A stretch of DNA of 64,000 nucleotides from Nemertoderma westbladi. Taxonomy: Eukaryota; Animalia; Xenacoelomorpha. The first letter of the stretch is position 1, and every line of letters starts with the position of its first letter. Location: positions 1 to 64,000 of the forward strand of contig JAUCBJ010003602.1 of the NCBI GenBank assembly GCA_032718475.1, read 5' to 3'. Positions 1 to 12,785 of this stretch are shown piece by piece. The position numbers and the translations under genes were made by a program. The notes below the pieces were generated by a model. The model saw only the letters and a program-made list of their open reading frames with translations. It was not told where the DNA came from and made no database searches.

Positions 1-975
1 TGTCCCATACACTATCCCATCTGTACCAAACGCATACCAACTGTCCCATACACTAGCACATCACTACCAAACGCGTACCAACTGTCCCATACACTATCAT
101 ATCTGTACCAAACGCCTACCAATTGTCCCATACACTAGCACATCTGTACCAAACGCCTACCAACTGTCCCATACACTAGCACATCTGTACCAAACGCCTA
201 CCAACTGTCCCATACACTATCACATCTGTACCAAACGCCTACCAACTGTCCCATACACTACCACATCTGTACCAAACGCCTACCAACTGTCCCATACACT
301 AGCACATCACTACCAAACGCCTACCAACTGTCCCATACACTATCATATCTGTACCAAACGCGTACCAACTGTCCCATACACTATCACATCTGTACCAATA
401 CGCGTACCAACTGTCCCATACACTATCCCATCTGTACCAAACGCCTACCAACTGTCCCATACACTAGCACATCTGTACCAAACGCCTACCAACTGTCCCA
501 TACACTATCACATCTGTACCAAACGCCTACCAACTGTCCCATACACTACCACATCTGTACCAAACGCCTACCAACTGTCCCATACACTAGCACATCACTA
601 CCAAACGCCTACCAACTGTCCCATACACTATCATATCTGTACCAAACGCGTACCAACTGTCCCATACACTATCATATCTGTACAATACGCGTACCAACTG
701 TCCCATACACTAGCACATCTGTACCAAACACCTACCAACTGTCCCATACACTACCACATCTGTACCAAACGCCTACAAACTGTCCCATACACTACCACAT
801 CTGTACCAAACGCCTACAAACTGTCCCATACACTATCACATCTGTACCAAACGCCTACCAACTGTCCCATACACTACCACATCTGTACCAAACGCCTACC
901 AACTGTCCCATACACTACCACATCTGTACCAAACGCCTACCAACTGTCCCATACACTATCACATCTGTACCAAAC
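1..975. repeat. 41-bp minisatellite (~24 copies, runs off window start) in an intron of the KDM6A-like gene
   Basis: Unit TGTCCCATACACTA(T/G/C)CACATCTGTACCAAACGCCTACCAAC recurs at 1, 42, 83 and onward; it ends ~16 nt from the minus-strand donor at 990-991. Confidence 0.97.
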
Positions 976-991
976 CGTCATAAAGACCTAC

Positions 992-1181
992 CCAATTGCC
1001 GCAGAGCCGATCCCCTGATACCCGGATTGCAGCATGTATCCGACGCTATCTTCTCGTATGCGTCCTTAGCTAGCCCAAATTTCCCCTGAAGTTGGTGGGT
1101 GTGGGCGATGTGGTAGATAACACCGACCCGTGGGCAACTGATCGCGTCCTGGTTGAACTCGAGAAGCGAGAGTTCCAGATG
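992..1181 (-). CDS. KDM6A: Internal exon of a KDM6A/UTX-like histone demethylase (TPR region)
   Basis: Minus strand ttttcag-like acceptor (atttcag|CAT) and donor (TTGG|gtaggt); 190 nt translate to HLELSLLEFNQDAISCPRVGVIYHIAHTHQLQGKFGLAKDAYEKIASDTCCNPGIRGSALRQL-G. This aligns by eye with the recalled UTX TPR segment HFQLALVD...[26 protein letters not shown]...ATVLQQLG. Not in the ORF track. Confidence 0.75.
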
Positions 1182-1812
1182 CTGAAATGGATCAAGTTAT
1201 TTATTGTAGTTGAGCTGTTAAATCGGAAAATTATATTTTAATATGATTTTGTTGATTTTGGACTAACTGTATCAGGCCTCATCAGTTCAGCTGACACTTA
1301 CTCTCCCCTATAATCAACTTATATTGAACAGGCAGTCTTAAGGGCACGTGTTTGTGATAACAATTTAAAAAAATCAAAGAATTCTGGATTCAACATTTTT
1401 AATGAGCTTTATAATAGTTTTTATAATAGTTTAATAGTTTATTTTTCCATTGTTACCTGTAACGTTGCTTTAACAATAACACATTCAATTTACTATATTA
1501 ACACATATACTGAATATTCATAATAGTAATTCATTGAATATAGTAATTATAGGCTAACATGCAAGGCAATAGCCAAAGCTAGTAGTGCCTGGCATGTCAG
1601 TGAAATTATGGAAAGTGGAGTAAGGTGGATGTAGGGGGGGGGGGGGGGGGGGGGGTGGCGCAGCAGCAACTCTACAATCGAATTCAATTTATTAATGAGC
1701 ATTTGTAGTTACGTACTGGAGTTTTTTTTGTGTCGGTTCCTGCATTGCAGCATTCAAGCCAAGGTTAAACATTATATTTATTAATTATTGTTTAAATTTA
1801 ATAAAGGAATAT

Positions 1813-1860
<48 letters not shown>

Positions 1861-1935
1861 ATAAATTCAGTATTCGGATTAGTTTTTGTAATTTTATATT
1901 TTTTTGGTGATGAACTGTTTAGTTAAGTTTTAAGT

Positions 1936-4900
1936 TTATGGGAGAGTGGAGAGTAATTGTTTTTTGTATGAGGCAGAAAAACAGGGTTTTGAATTTTTAA
2001 GTTTAAATTTATGTGGTATTGCATTCCAAATCGTCGGGCCTTGGAAACTCATGGAAGTTTGAGAGGAACATAGACGTACTTTAGGGATAGTATAACCGGA
2101 GTTGCTGGAGAGGCGAGTAGAGTAATTATGAAGGGCGGATATTTTTTGGAATAGAGAGCCTACAGTAGATTCAGCCGGGATAGTATTAGAGTTAATATCG
2201 TACATAAAGTTTCCTACTTGGTGTCTATATAGGAGGTCCAGCGGAAGAATACTAAGTGATTTATAAATAGGTCTAGAAGGGGCTTGATAGTGGGAAAAGG
2301 TTATACAGCGTACGAGTTTGTTAATTTTAATTTGTAGTGGTTTTAGAGTAGATGAGTGGGTTTTACCCCAAAGTAGAATGCCGTAGAGTAGATAGGGGTG
2401 AACTAGGGTTATATAGAGTTGGCGAAGAATGCGTAGTGGGAAAATGTGACGGAGTTTGTAGAATAGACCAGATGTTCTAGATATCTTTTTGATAATGTAA
2501 TATCTATGTGTGTCTTCCAATTTAGGTTCCTATCTACTAGTATCCCTAGAAATTTAGTGTAGTCTGTAGTTTGGATATCAGTACCATTAATAGATAGTTT
2601 ATCAGTATAGGTTTGGTGTGAGTTTGAGAATATTGCATATTCTGTTTTGGTTAGGTTTAATGATAGACGATTATCTATTAGCCAGTCAGAAACTTTCGTT
2701 AGTTCAATATTAGTTAGCCTTAACAGAGTAGATATTATGTTAGAGTTAGAGGAGTAGAGAGTGGTGTCATCCGCAAACAAGGTAGATATGAGAGATGTAG
2801 CGTTAGGCAGGTCATTTATATATAGGAGGAATAAAATCGGAGATAGGATACTTCCTTGAGGGACCCCACATGTTAACGGTAATAGCGACGAGCAGATATT
2901 ATTTATAGAAACAAATTGTGTTCTGGAATTTAAGAAACTAGTAATTAGTTTAAGAGGAATACCACGGATACCGTACGCGTTCAGTTTGTTAAGTAGGATT
3001 GAGTGGTTTAGGGTATCAAATGCTTTGCGTAAATCTATATAGATCGCACAGGCTGATAGTTTTTGGTCGAGATACTTATGTAAGTTTTCAATAACGGAGA
3101 GGAGAGCGTGAGTAGTGGTAGATTTAGGGCGAAATCCATATTGACATTTAGATAAGATCTTATATTTTGATAAGTAGGATATTAATTGATTGTTTATAAT
3201 TGTTTCATAGAGCTTACTTATTACTGGTAGGAGGGAGATTGGGCGGTAGTTATTAGTATCATAAGGGTCACCGGTTTTAAAGGAGGGTAAAACTTTGGCT
3301 ATTTTTAGTATAGTAGGAAAGAAACCTTGGCGGATAGATAGATTTATAAGATATGATAGATGAACTGACAGGGGTTTGGCGGCTAGTATTAATAGTTTTG
3401 TAGGAAAGCTATCATTAGTGGCAGTTTTTGGGTCTAGATGGAGTAATAAGTATTCTACTTCTACAGGGGAAGTTTCAACTAGACAGAATGAGTTGGGGCG
3501 GGAGTTATTTATAAATCGTAGTGGCGAGCGGTTGGATGTAGGTATTTCATTAGCTAGTTTAGGTCCTATAGCACAGAAATGTGAGTTGAAAGTGTCGGCT
3601 ATTTGTTTAGGGTCAGTGATGGTTTCAGTCAAGTCACCTGTCCGGATAAATAATTTATTAGGAATTTTTAAGTTTTTTGATCTGTTTAGTGCAGTATTAA
3701 TAATGACCCAGGTTTTGCGAGTATTTCTAGAATTTAATTCAAACTGTCGAGTGTAGTACTCTTTTTCAGCTGCACGAAGTGTACTTGTTAATCGATTTCT
3801 ATAAGATTTATATGAAATGGAGTTGGTGGTAGATGGGCATTTGAGGAATTTACGATAAAGCTTGTTTTTGTTTATTGTGCAAATTATTAGACTTTGAGTC
3901 ATCCAAGGCTTCGAAATATTTTTTCTGGGAGTTACAAATTTTCTCGGTAGATGTTTACTGCATAAGGATTCAAGTTCTGAATTAAAAGTGTCAATTTTTG
4001 AATCGTCTGGGATTGTTGGTGATGAGAATGACCAGGAGTTAGGTGAGTTGATGTCATTTAGGAAGTTATGTTTATTAAAATTAGTAAAGTCATAGATAGA
4101 GTAAAGGGAAGGGGAGCTAAAATAGTAAGAATATTTCTGTAATACAACGAAGGTAGCGTGGTGGTCTGATGAGCCTATTTTACAATTGAAAGTTCCTGCA
4201 GAGGTAGTAGATGTAGTAATGTTAGTAATTATGTGGTCTATTAGTGTTTCAGAGTGTATTGTTCGGTTGGGAAGTTCACTATGGAAAATGCGAGTAGGAT
4301 GGTTAATTAATTGAATAAATCCGTAAGAATTTAGAAGGTTAATATATGAAGAGGAGATCGTATCGTGTTTTAGAAGGTTTATATTAATGTCACCTGTAAT
4401 AACTACATCGTACTTATGAGAGGCTAGATTAGATAGAGTGAGTTCTAGTGTAGCTAGGAAGTCCGTTGGTAATACTGAGTGTCTACGGTAGATAGTACCT
4501 ATAAGTAGTGGTTTAGCGTTTTGCGGCCTCTTAATTTGTACCCATGAGTTTTCAAGGCCCGGTAATTTAAGGTCATCACGAATTGTAGTGTCTAAGTAAT
4601 TTGCCACAAAAATAGCTGTGCCACCGCGTTTTTCGCCTGTAACTCTGTTATTTAGGAAAGGGTCCTTATAGCCAGTTAATTTGATTAGATCGAGTGAGTC
4701 ATCATTACACAAAAAGGTCTCTGTGAAGGTTAAAATTTCAAATTTCTGCTTTAGGGTCAGTAGGAAGTCTTTGATATCTGAAATATTTTTGGGTAAGCTA
4801 CGGGCATTGAGATGAAACACTTTGAGTGATGGTGGATTTTCTAGAATGCAAAATTTATCGTTAAAAGTTAGTTCAGAGAAAGAGCCTTGGTCAGAGTTTA

Positions 4901-5228
4901 ACGTAGAAATATTATTATCGGGGTCGAGGTTGCTAAAAGTTTGGTATAATATGTCTGGGCCAGGTTCTGCTTGATTGTTTGAGATTTCGGGATTAAAAAT
5001 ATCACTATCACTACTGTCTATGGTGGAAAATGGAAAAGTGTCTATGGTGCATTGGATACAATATAATAATGTAGAAACAAGAGAGTCCTGGATGTCGGTA
5101 AAGTTCAAGTGGGTGCCGCATTGCAGGTGGTAATGTTCGTGACAGAGTGAGCATTTAATAAAATTATCACAGTGAGAGAAAGTAGAGAAGCAAAATGCGC
5201 AGTGGTGAGATGTGGACGATGAAAGCAT
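1936..5228 (-). CDS. LINE ORF2: PHD-like Cys/His finger, AP endonuclease and reverse transcriptase; one frameshift near 2500
   Basis: Motifs HLNARSL, TETF, GDININL, TLIDHI, SDHH (APE); NYRPISLLP, DLRKAFD, GVPQGSILSP, FADD (RT). ORFs 2409..5375 and 1936..2520 join if a 2-nt AT duplication in GAT[AT]TAC is removed (WKTHID/YIIKKISRT). Likely ATG at 5228. Confidence 0.92.
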
Positions 5229-5575
5229 ACTCGGGGGAGGGTGTGGTGGGGGGGGGGGGGGGGGGGGGGGGGTGGAGTTAAATACCAAGGTAGAGCAGAG
5301 AGCTATATAAAAAACAAAATAATATACACCAAATTTTCTACAGTAGTATAAAGACGCAGAAAATAAAGCGTACACAAACTTCCTATTTCCTAAGGTTGAT
5401 ATCCTAATACAAAGGGCGATAGGCCATGATAAATAATTTTATTCATAGAGTACTGACAGACTGAGACCAACAGATCGAACTTTCATATCTATCGGTTATC
5501 TCGAAACGCCAGTACTGCAGTAGGCGATGTAGGTTACCAGGAATAGTGGTTATCGTGTTCGTAGAAGAAGGCTAG

Positions 5576-6289
5576 TTATTTGGCGATTAACTTCTTAATG
5601 TCCGTGGCTGATGATATAACTACCGCTGGACTGGTTGCGGTGAGTTTAGCAAGTACAGAGCCGTTAAACGAGAAAGCCGATTGTATCCGTTTGGATTTCT
5701 TGAGTGCTACCAGCTCTCGGAGAAGCCCCAAGCGGAAGGAGGTTAAGTGTTCCGATATATATACGTGCGAATCAGCTACCTTTTTCTTGGATTTAATTAC
5801 TTCGATACGTTTGGTTTGGGTGATAAAGCGTATTATAATCGGTCGCGGCTTTGTTGTGTCTTTGTTTATCCGACCAAGGCGATGCATCACGTCGATGTTA
5901 TCTTCTGATAGGTTAAGCGATTTGAGAAGGGGGTCCACAGCTAATGGGTTGTCTTCCGGTATACCGTGGAAGAGTAAGTTGTAACGTCGGATATACTGTT
6001 CTAGGTTGTCGAAGGCGGGTTTAGTTACCGTGTTGCTTTGGATGGCTCCAACTTGGTCAAGTAAATTATCAACTCGTTTTTCTATGAGCGCTACTTGGTC
6101 TGTAGTTGGGGTAGTCGATTTAGCTCTATTCTGGTCGCTCCGAAGAAGTTTTACCTCCTTACGAAGTGCCTCGACTTGTTCGGACAGAGCCTGTATCGCT
6201 TCCATAATGTGGGAATCAGTGCTCCTAGTACCCGTTGTACCGGTAGTATGGTCTTCCGAGGAATCGCGTTTGTTATGTTTAGGTCCCAT
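5576..6289 (-). CDS. LINE ORF1 (coiled coil plus RRM-like, L1/CR1-type ORF1p)
   Basis: Heptad-rich N-terminus followed by LEQYIRRYNLLFHGIPE, MHRLGR, PRPIIIRF and YISEHLT motifs; intact 237 aa directly upstream of ORF2. Confidence 0.9.
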   Translation of the reverse strand: MGPKHNKRDSSEDHTTGTTGTRSTDSHIMEAIQALSEQVEALRKEVKLLRSDQNRAKSTTPTTDQVALIEKRVDNLLDQVGAIQSNTVTKPAFDNLEQYIRRYNLLFHGIPEDNPLAVDPLLKSLNLSEDNIDVMHRLGRINKDTTKPRPIIIRFITQTKRIEVIKSKKKVADSHVYISEHLTSFRLGLLRELVALKKSKRIQSAFSFNGSVLAKLTATSPAVVISSATDIKKLIAK

Positions 6290-6392
6290 TGATTTAACTT
6301 TTTGTTGTACTGGTAACGAGTTAGTTGTATGAATGGGAATCGTACACAGGAAGTACGGGAGGTGCTAAATACTATGTGAGTCTGCTAGTTGA

Positions 6393-8270
6393 TTAAAAAA
6401 CAGCAAGATTAGGCCTAAAGCTTACTTCTGTACGGTACTTTATTACCTTAATGCATCCTGCATCAGGTATCAGCATGGGTATAACTTTAGTAACTGTCTT
6501 TACTGATTCCCCTGTTGTAGTGATTGTGGTTAAACTCAGGATTTTGAGGTAGTGAATTTCTATCAGAAAAGTCAGATTTTGGATTAACATGTGAGAGGGG
6601 TCGATAAATTTGAGAAGAGGAGGTTGGGTTGTCATTGGAGTAATGACCTCTTTGCTCTCTATGATTGTATCTCCAATGATCCCTGGAAGGGTTATGGTCA
6701 TGATCCCTTTTGTCAAATCGTGAGCCAGAGCCACTGTTTATATACCTTCTCTCCCAGTTCCTTTGTTGATATGTTTCATTGCAAACCCTGAATGGGTACT
6801 CCTGATGTTGGTGATTGTATTTGTTGGACCTGTCTGTGTTAGCATGCTGGGTGCACTGGGAGCCACCTTGAAGTAGGTAGTCATCTTTATATCTGTGAGA
6901 TGGTTTCATAGAAAGAACATTCTCATGTATGATTGATGGTATATACTCCCATACAGACACCTCTCCCCCTGGCTACAGGTTTTCTCTTGCAAGAAGGTTG
7001 GGGTTTACTTTTTCTGTTTTGGGTTTACTGTAATTAGAGCTTCTTTCCTTTACTCCCTCTTACCCATACGTGGACAGGGTATATGACAGTCTGTTTAAAA
7101 CAGAACTGAGATAGTGCCACTGATGTTGTGTTTTCTGGGAGACTGGTTACGATGATAGTTTTAGTGTCATTGTCTTCATAGTGATAATTAGTCTTCATCT
7201 TAATCTTTGCAGAAACGTTTTTGTTTCCGATTGGGTGAATATATCCCTGGTCTTTGGATTCCTGTAGATTTGCCAAGAATTCATCCTGTTTAGTTTAGGT
7301 TGCCATTTTGATATCTTGGTCAAGTTCCAGAAAGGTGTTACTTGTTGAGATTACTGGTTTATGTTTAGTACCATAGGCCATTTTTTGGCTACCAGTAGAT
7401 TGGTAACTTTCTCTTCATGTGTCAGGGCTAAGTAGTACCTCTTCTAATGTCAATGGATTAGCTAGACTTGGTGGGGTGAGTCTGGGACTGACTTCCACCA
7501 CCAGCCCTATGACAGTTGAGTCAATATCGTCCCTTCTTTAATTTTATGTATGTCAACATGTGTTTCACATCTGGTGGGGTCCACCTGAGCTGGGTTATCA
7601 TTGGCTGTATGTTTGCCCGGACCTCCTCCTCAGATTTAACTTGACATTGTTATTGGGTCGTACCACCCAACTTCCATCATCTAACTAGTCTTCAATATTG
7701 GGAATTGTCAACCAAAAATCGGCAGTATTAGTCCCTAGTGCATTTCATATGTCATGGTTTAACAATATCAACCCAGAATCGCCGGTATATGTTGACTAAA
7801 ACTCGATGGTATTTGTCGATCAGAAATCGATGGGTTTAGTCACTATTGAACCGCAACCGTTATAGTTTATCAATGTGGAATCGCCCGGCTTTATCGACCC
7901 CAACTCGGTGGTATTTGTCAACTGGAAATCAACAGGTTTAGTTTCTGTTGCACCGCATCCATTGTGGTTTATTGGCCTGGAGTTTATCGATCCGGAGTCA
8001 GCGTGATTCCTCATCATTGTGAACAGACCAGGGCCCTAGTTGTGACCCGCCCACCTCTGTCAGTTAGGGTTGATGGTCTCTTGCTGAGTGTATAGGGATG
8101 TGGTGGTCGTGGTGGGGTATGACACAAGGGCATCATTATATTTGACAATAAAGTAGAGTACAATTGTATGACTAACTGAGCCACAGCCAGGTGCCAGGCA
8201 GTAGTCAGATAGTTCAGTCAGGTAGTCAGAGTATTATTGGTACTAAATAAATCGCTGTGCACAATAATAA
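6393..8270 (-). other. Degraded coding-like region upstream of LINE ORF1 (RRM-like piece, R/H/N-rich piece, degenerate internal repeats)
   Basis: ORFs 7034..7276 (TIIVTSLPENTTSVAL), 6487..6960 and 7820..8017 (duplicated IN(H/Y)NGCG..TKP(V/I)DF); probably transposon-derived. Confidence 0.3.
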
Positions 8271-8937
8271 TTAAACCACTGACTGATTCACAACACTGAC
8301 TGATTAAAAATTAGCACTACATTACCGGTAGCTAATTCAGATCTACATCTGCATGTGCATCTATACAAACCGTATCACCCTTACTTGGTTGGTAGGATAT
8401 TAATTTATCTTCTTAATGCCTATAAAATTCTAGAAAAGTATATATATTGTCTCATTTATTTGTTCATGAAAATTTTACCTAAATTGGATCGAAATAGCGA
8501 TTCTCCAGAAAAATTTAATTAATTTTGTATTTATTGGCTGTACCTGTAACTCAATGCGAAAGTAATAAAATTTACATTGACCTGTCACATATTATTAATT
8601 GCTTTATCTCGGCTCGGTAACAACAAGAAGTGGCACATAATTTAATAAATTGCGTACATATTAAGTAACTGATGCAAAAAAGTTATACATTACCACTGGA
8701 TTATGCACAAAGTGCGGTCTCATACCCACTACCCCTGATAAACCAGAGATACGAAACGAATTCATGGCCATTTCGTATAAAATTAAAATTTAGCTTCTGG
8801 TATTGCCTCTCGTTCATAGTATTTTTTGTAATATCCTGCCACGTAACCTGTTCTATTGCCCATTACCCCAACACACCCGCGGTTAACCCATTTACTATTA
8901 TTATATTAATTTGAGACCGTCGACTATTTATTTTTAG

Positions 8938-9378
8938 ATACAACCTGCGATAACATCGATAAACAATGCGACACGAGCGGCAATCCGGATTGTTGCTCTC
9001 AGAATAAGTTGGGATGTAGTGGCGAAATTTCTGCTGACATTGGTAATCAGTGTATCTGTAAGTATAGTTGTTATTAGAGAAATCAATTACAAATGGTTCA
9101 TTGTTCGCATTACTTAATGTGGAGCGAGTCAAAACTTCGAGCCATCTGCGAACTGTTATAATTATACTATACCAGTGAGTGTGTCAGAAATCAATATATA
9201 AATCGCCATAATTATAATAATTAATTGTTCGCTAAGATGGCTTGCAGTTTTTGCTGCACGAAGGCCCCACTCGTGTTCCTTCAAAATACTTCTTAGATGT
9301 AAGTTAATATTGTATTATCAACCTATAATTCGCCCAAGAGATTGCGGTGTCAAATTCAGTCCGTCAGCTTTGCCTATT
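8938..9378 (+). CDS. Putative upstream exons of the lectin/EGF/Ig gene (8938-9057, 9237-9298, 9339-9378)
   Basis: All three end in gtaagt donors; they translate to TTCDNIDKQCDTSGNPDCCSQNKLGCSGEISADIGNQCI, GLQFLLHEGPTRVPSKYFLD and RLRCQIQSVSFAY; phases chain into the lectin exon; two acceptors are weak (AAG). Confidence 0.45.
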
Positions 9379-9539
9379 GTAAGTATATTCATAAAAAGTA
9401 AAGTATGAATGTTAATAATTACTTTGATAAAGAGAGTTTCAAATACTTTTGTATGATAATTATTTTGCACTGTGAAAACATTTTAGTTTATTATCAACTA
9501 GAAATATTAATAAATATTAACTGCATTTTTATTGTCTAG

Positions 9540-11241
9540 CGTGCGGTGCAGGAGCAAACGAATATATTGTCCACGAAAACAGATGCTTTGTGATTATTTC
9601 TGATACCGTCAACTTTGATGCCGCACAACAGGCTTGTATAGCAAGGGGAGATACAACTCCTAGTATTATGTGGAGATTGGCGGCAGTTACTAAGACGAAT
9701 TTGAAACATTCGCTTAAGCAATGTAAGTTTAATTTATTAATTATAATTACACCATGACCCGTAAATATTGTGTCATTTCCTGATGATACGGACCCCCCCC
9801 CCCCCCCCCCCCCACAGTGAATATTTTGTTTATGAACGAATACCTACGCAATAGAGATTAGAGATACCGCTGTTGCCCACCCACTCATAAAATAAATAAC
9901 ACTTGAATATAATTTTGTGTAGTTAGAACAACAGGATTTAGAAGTGATAGAATAAATAGGGCAAAATACAAAGTAGCCAGGGCAGAAATTAAAGAACCCA
10001 CATCATCATTATACCATGCAATGATGTAGAATGGGATGTGTGCAGTACTGTATTGTGAAGCGAGCCACGAAGTTGGAGGAGTCTTAGCGAACTGACACTA
10101 TTGTTAGGAGGGGATGCGTCAATTTTTTGCAAATAGTTGTCATCGTTGTCTTTGACGTTGTCGTTATGATTTGATTTGCTGATAACTTTGTAGGATTAAT
10201 AGACGTTGAGCTCTAAATCTGTAGGCATCAATAAAACCAAAAATTGATTATTTTTTGAAACTTTTAGAAACCATCAAATAAATCAATAATAGTCTTCAAC
10301 TAGTAGAGTGCTAGTTATCTAAACATTACATAAATGTCATCCCATTCGAAACTTGGTGTGTATTTAGACAATTAGCTGTGTCTGTCAAGGGAGGCTAATC
10401 AGTCTAAAGTTACCCAGAGGGCGACATGCTATTACATGGCTTTTCTTGACTTTTGTATGACTTTTGTCCTTCTGCAAACTGTACAATCAGAGTGTCAGAA
10501 TTTTCTTTGTATTTATTTTTAATTTTTTTGTTATCATTAATTAATTTATTTAAATTAAACTTAAATTAAACAATTAAATTAACCATCAATTAATTGTTAT
10601 CATCAATTTTTACTTCAAAGTTTATTTGCTTTTCAGATGTTTCGGATGACGGTGCATGGATTGGTCTACAAGAAGTCAAAAGGGGCCATAATTGTAATTG
10701 GGAGTGGAAAGGGGTAAGTTATTTAATAATAATACAACAGGCAATGCGGGTGAATAAAGGTGGTTACATTAATAAAAGTGGTTACATAAAGGCCCGTTCG
10801 CACTCACTGGTGCCTGAGCTGTAAACTACCCGTTGACAGGTAGTTTAGTCCCATAGGTTAGTCTAGTGGTACCGTTCACATTCAACGGTACCGTTGCGGT
10901 GCCGTTGCGGTAACTGATCGTTCACAGTTAATTCAACATGTTAGATAGTAATTTTATTAAGATGTGGCCGTTTGGTGTATGTACTGTACTTTTAAAATAT
11001 GATAGGCTGATTAAATTATAGATACATAGACGGGGTAAGTATTATATATTATATTTCCTAATGACTGAATATAATCGTTCTCCATTGTTATTTGCTCAGG
11101 AAAGCGATGACCCAGGTTTTGAAGATGAAGAAGATGATGATAGAGTATGTAACAGAGCAGCTGCCCTTGGAAGGGATGGACGATATAAATTAAAAACGGT
11201 CTCGGTTGAAACGTCATCATTTATTTGTGAAGGTCTACCCC
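9540..11241 (+). CDS. C-type lectin domain in three exons (9540-9722, 10637-10713, 11100-11241)
   Basis: CGAGANEYIVHENRCFVIISDTVNFDAAQQAC...RLAAV / VSDDGAWIGLQEV...WEWKG / ...VCNRAAAL...SFICEGLP; WIGL and FICE motifs, ag/gtaagt boundaries and compatible phases. Confidence 0.85.
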
Positions 11242-11325
11242 GTAAGTTTATTACATAACTAATTAATTATTTACGGTCGGGTTTGTCTGCCTTATATTAC
11301 TTATAACAGAATATTATATACAGAG

Positions 11326-11447
11326 ATTATCGCCTGTCCCAGAAGGTGATATACGGTTATAAAACCTGAAGCAAATAAATCATATAACTGCTTCGGCCTG
11401 CGGCCTCAGTAGTTATACATGATTTATTTGCTGGGACAGGCGATAAT
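11326..11447. repeat. 17-bp inverted repeat around a small GC hairpin; probable end of a non-autonomous DNA element
   Basis: ATTATCGCCTGTCCCAG (11326) and CTGGGACAGGCGATAAT (11431) flank CTTCGGCCTGCGGCCTC; family uncertain. Confidence 0.45.
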
Positions 11448-12388
11448 AGTTTATCATGTATATTCGAGCTTATTGCGCTGATAAATTTTGTGAGCTACTG
11501 TACTTTTGTATCTATCATGTTTGGGGAAACGCAGACCCCACTGAAACAAACACACCCTTGCAATCCTTGGGTTTGCTGAAACTCATCTTATGACGAATTT
11601 AGGCGCTGCAGTAATAATACTGTACTGTAGTACAGCCAGTGTGTGAGCATTTTTTGTGATAAAACTCAAGATAAAAATTTTAATAAAAAAACTCAAAACT
11701 CAAAAAAAATATAAAAAGAAAAAAAGAATAAACCCATAAAAACTCTAATCAATATTCATATAAAAGTACTAAGAAATTTACTTAAAAATATTTCATTTTA
11801 ATTTACTAGCTATGTTAAAATAAAAAAACTAGCTATATGTTCTAGAACATTAAATTTTTTATTGTATTTATGTTCTAGAATAGTATATAATACTTTTATA
11901 TTGTTCTGCAACTCCTCAATGTTGCTATTTTATCAATGATATATGATTTATAAATGTAGTGCTATACGGAACTCTAACCGAAAAGATGAAGCAAAATTTT
12001 CAAAAAACGGTCACACAGGCTATACTAATACTATGGTATAGTGCGGACTTCAATATTAGCTCCTGGTTGGCAACTGTTATATTCCTATTAGCTACAAAAG
12101 TGATTTAAATCAGTTGGGAATGGATATAAATTCTTTCAACTTCGGGAAGAATGTGCAAAAATAATAATCTAAAACACAATCAATAAAAATGTGTAAGTTC
12201 TAGAATTTTGTATTAGGAGTGTTAATATAGTAGTTACATTGGGTATTTTGGCTTTAGCTGGGTGATATACAGTTATATCATCCTATTGTTTAGCCAATCA
12301 GATTTGAGAATAAGCGAGAATACATGATAAACATATATATAGATAGGTATTAATAATATAACATAATATATAATATTTTTTACATTAG

Positions 12389-12493
12389 ATCCAGACATCC
12401 AGTTTTCTAGCGATATCCTCGTAACGCAGCAAAATACGACTTTGCAGCGTGGCGACCTTCGGAACGGAACGATGAAAAGTAATTACTATCTTG
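12389..12493 (+). CDS. Putative exon of the lectin/EGF/Ig gene (linker)
   Basis: ttacattag|AT CCA...CTT G|gtaaca; PDIQFSSDILVTQQNTTLQRGDLRNGTMKSNYYL; phase 1 to phase 1; the donor choice is uncertain. Confidence 0.55.
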
Positions 12494-12785
12494 GTAACAA
12501 TAAACTTCTAGAAAAAAGTTTTTTTGACTTTTCTCCATTGATGAAAGCCATTGTAGGCGAAGTGAAATATATCTTTTACAGTTACCGTACAAATATTACA
12601 GTAACTGTAATTATTTGCATTAAAAGGATATTAATTTCATTAAAATTTCTAAACAGTACCATATTAAAGATAATAATTAAGTTGACATAATGAAAAAAGA
12701 TTACGTTCACCATTCTGGTAAAGGGCAATTTTCATCGTTTCTGAATCTCGCTGAGCTCGCTCGGTACATAAGTACACTCGGATCT

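Larger units (their letters stand above)
1817..6390 (-). mobile_element. Near full-length non-LTR retrotransposon (CR1/L2 group, Crack/Daphne-like)
   Basis: ORF1 followed by ORF2 (APE, RT), with a poly(A) tail seen as a T-run at ~1817-1854; the 5' boundary is approximate and no TSD was found. Confidence 0.9.

Noticed and set aside
3376-3756. Antisense ORFs over LINE, BEL and BiP coding regions (also 5580, 26687, 43425, 63789)
   Set aside because: Shadow frames of real coding sequence on the opposite strand.
5229-5375. Poly-Pro N-terminal extension of LINE ORF2, and other poly-G/C tracts (1634, 9793, 14068, 30689)
   Set aside because: Translation of homopolymer tracts from a non-ATG start; tract lengths are unreliable and several sit in transposon termini.
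8672-8914. ORF with a hydrophobic stretch as first exon of the lectin gene
   Set aside because: Plausible signal or anchor sequence, but the visible donors are phase 0 while the Cys-rich frame of the next exon needs phase 1; left uncalled.
11022-11034. Possible micro-exon before a GTAAGT
   Set aside because: 13 nt would shift the frame between two phase-0 lectin exon ends.
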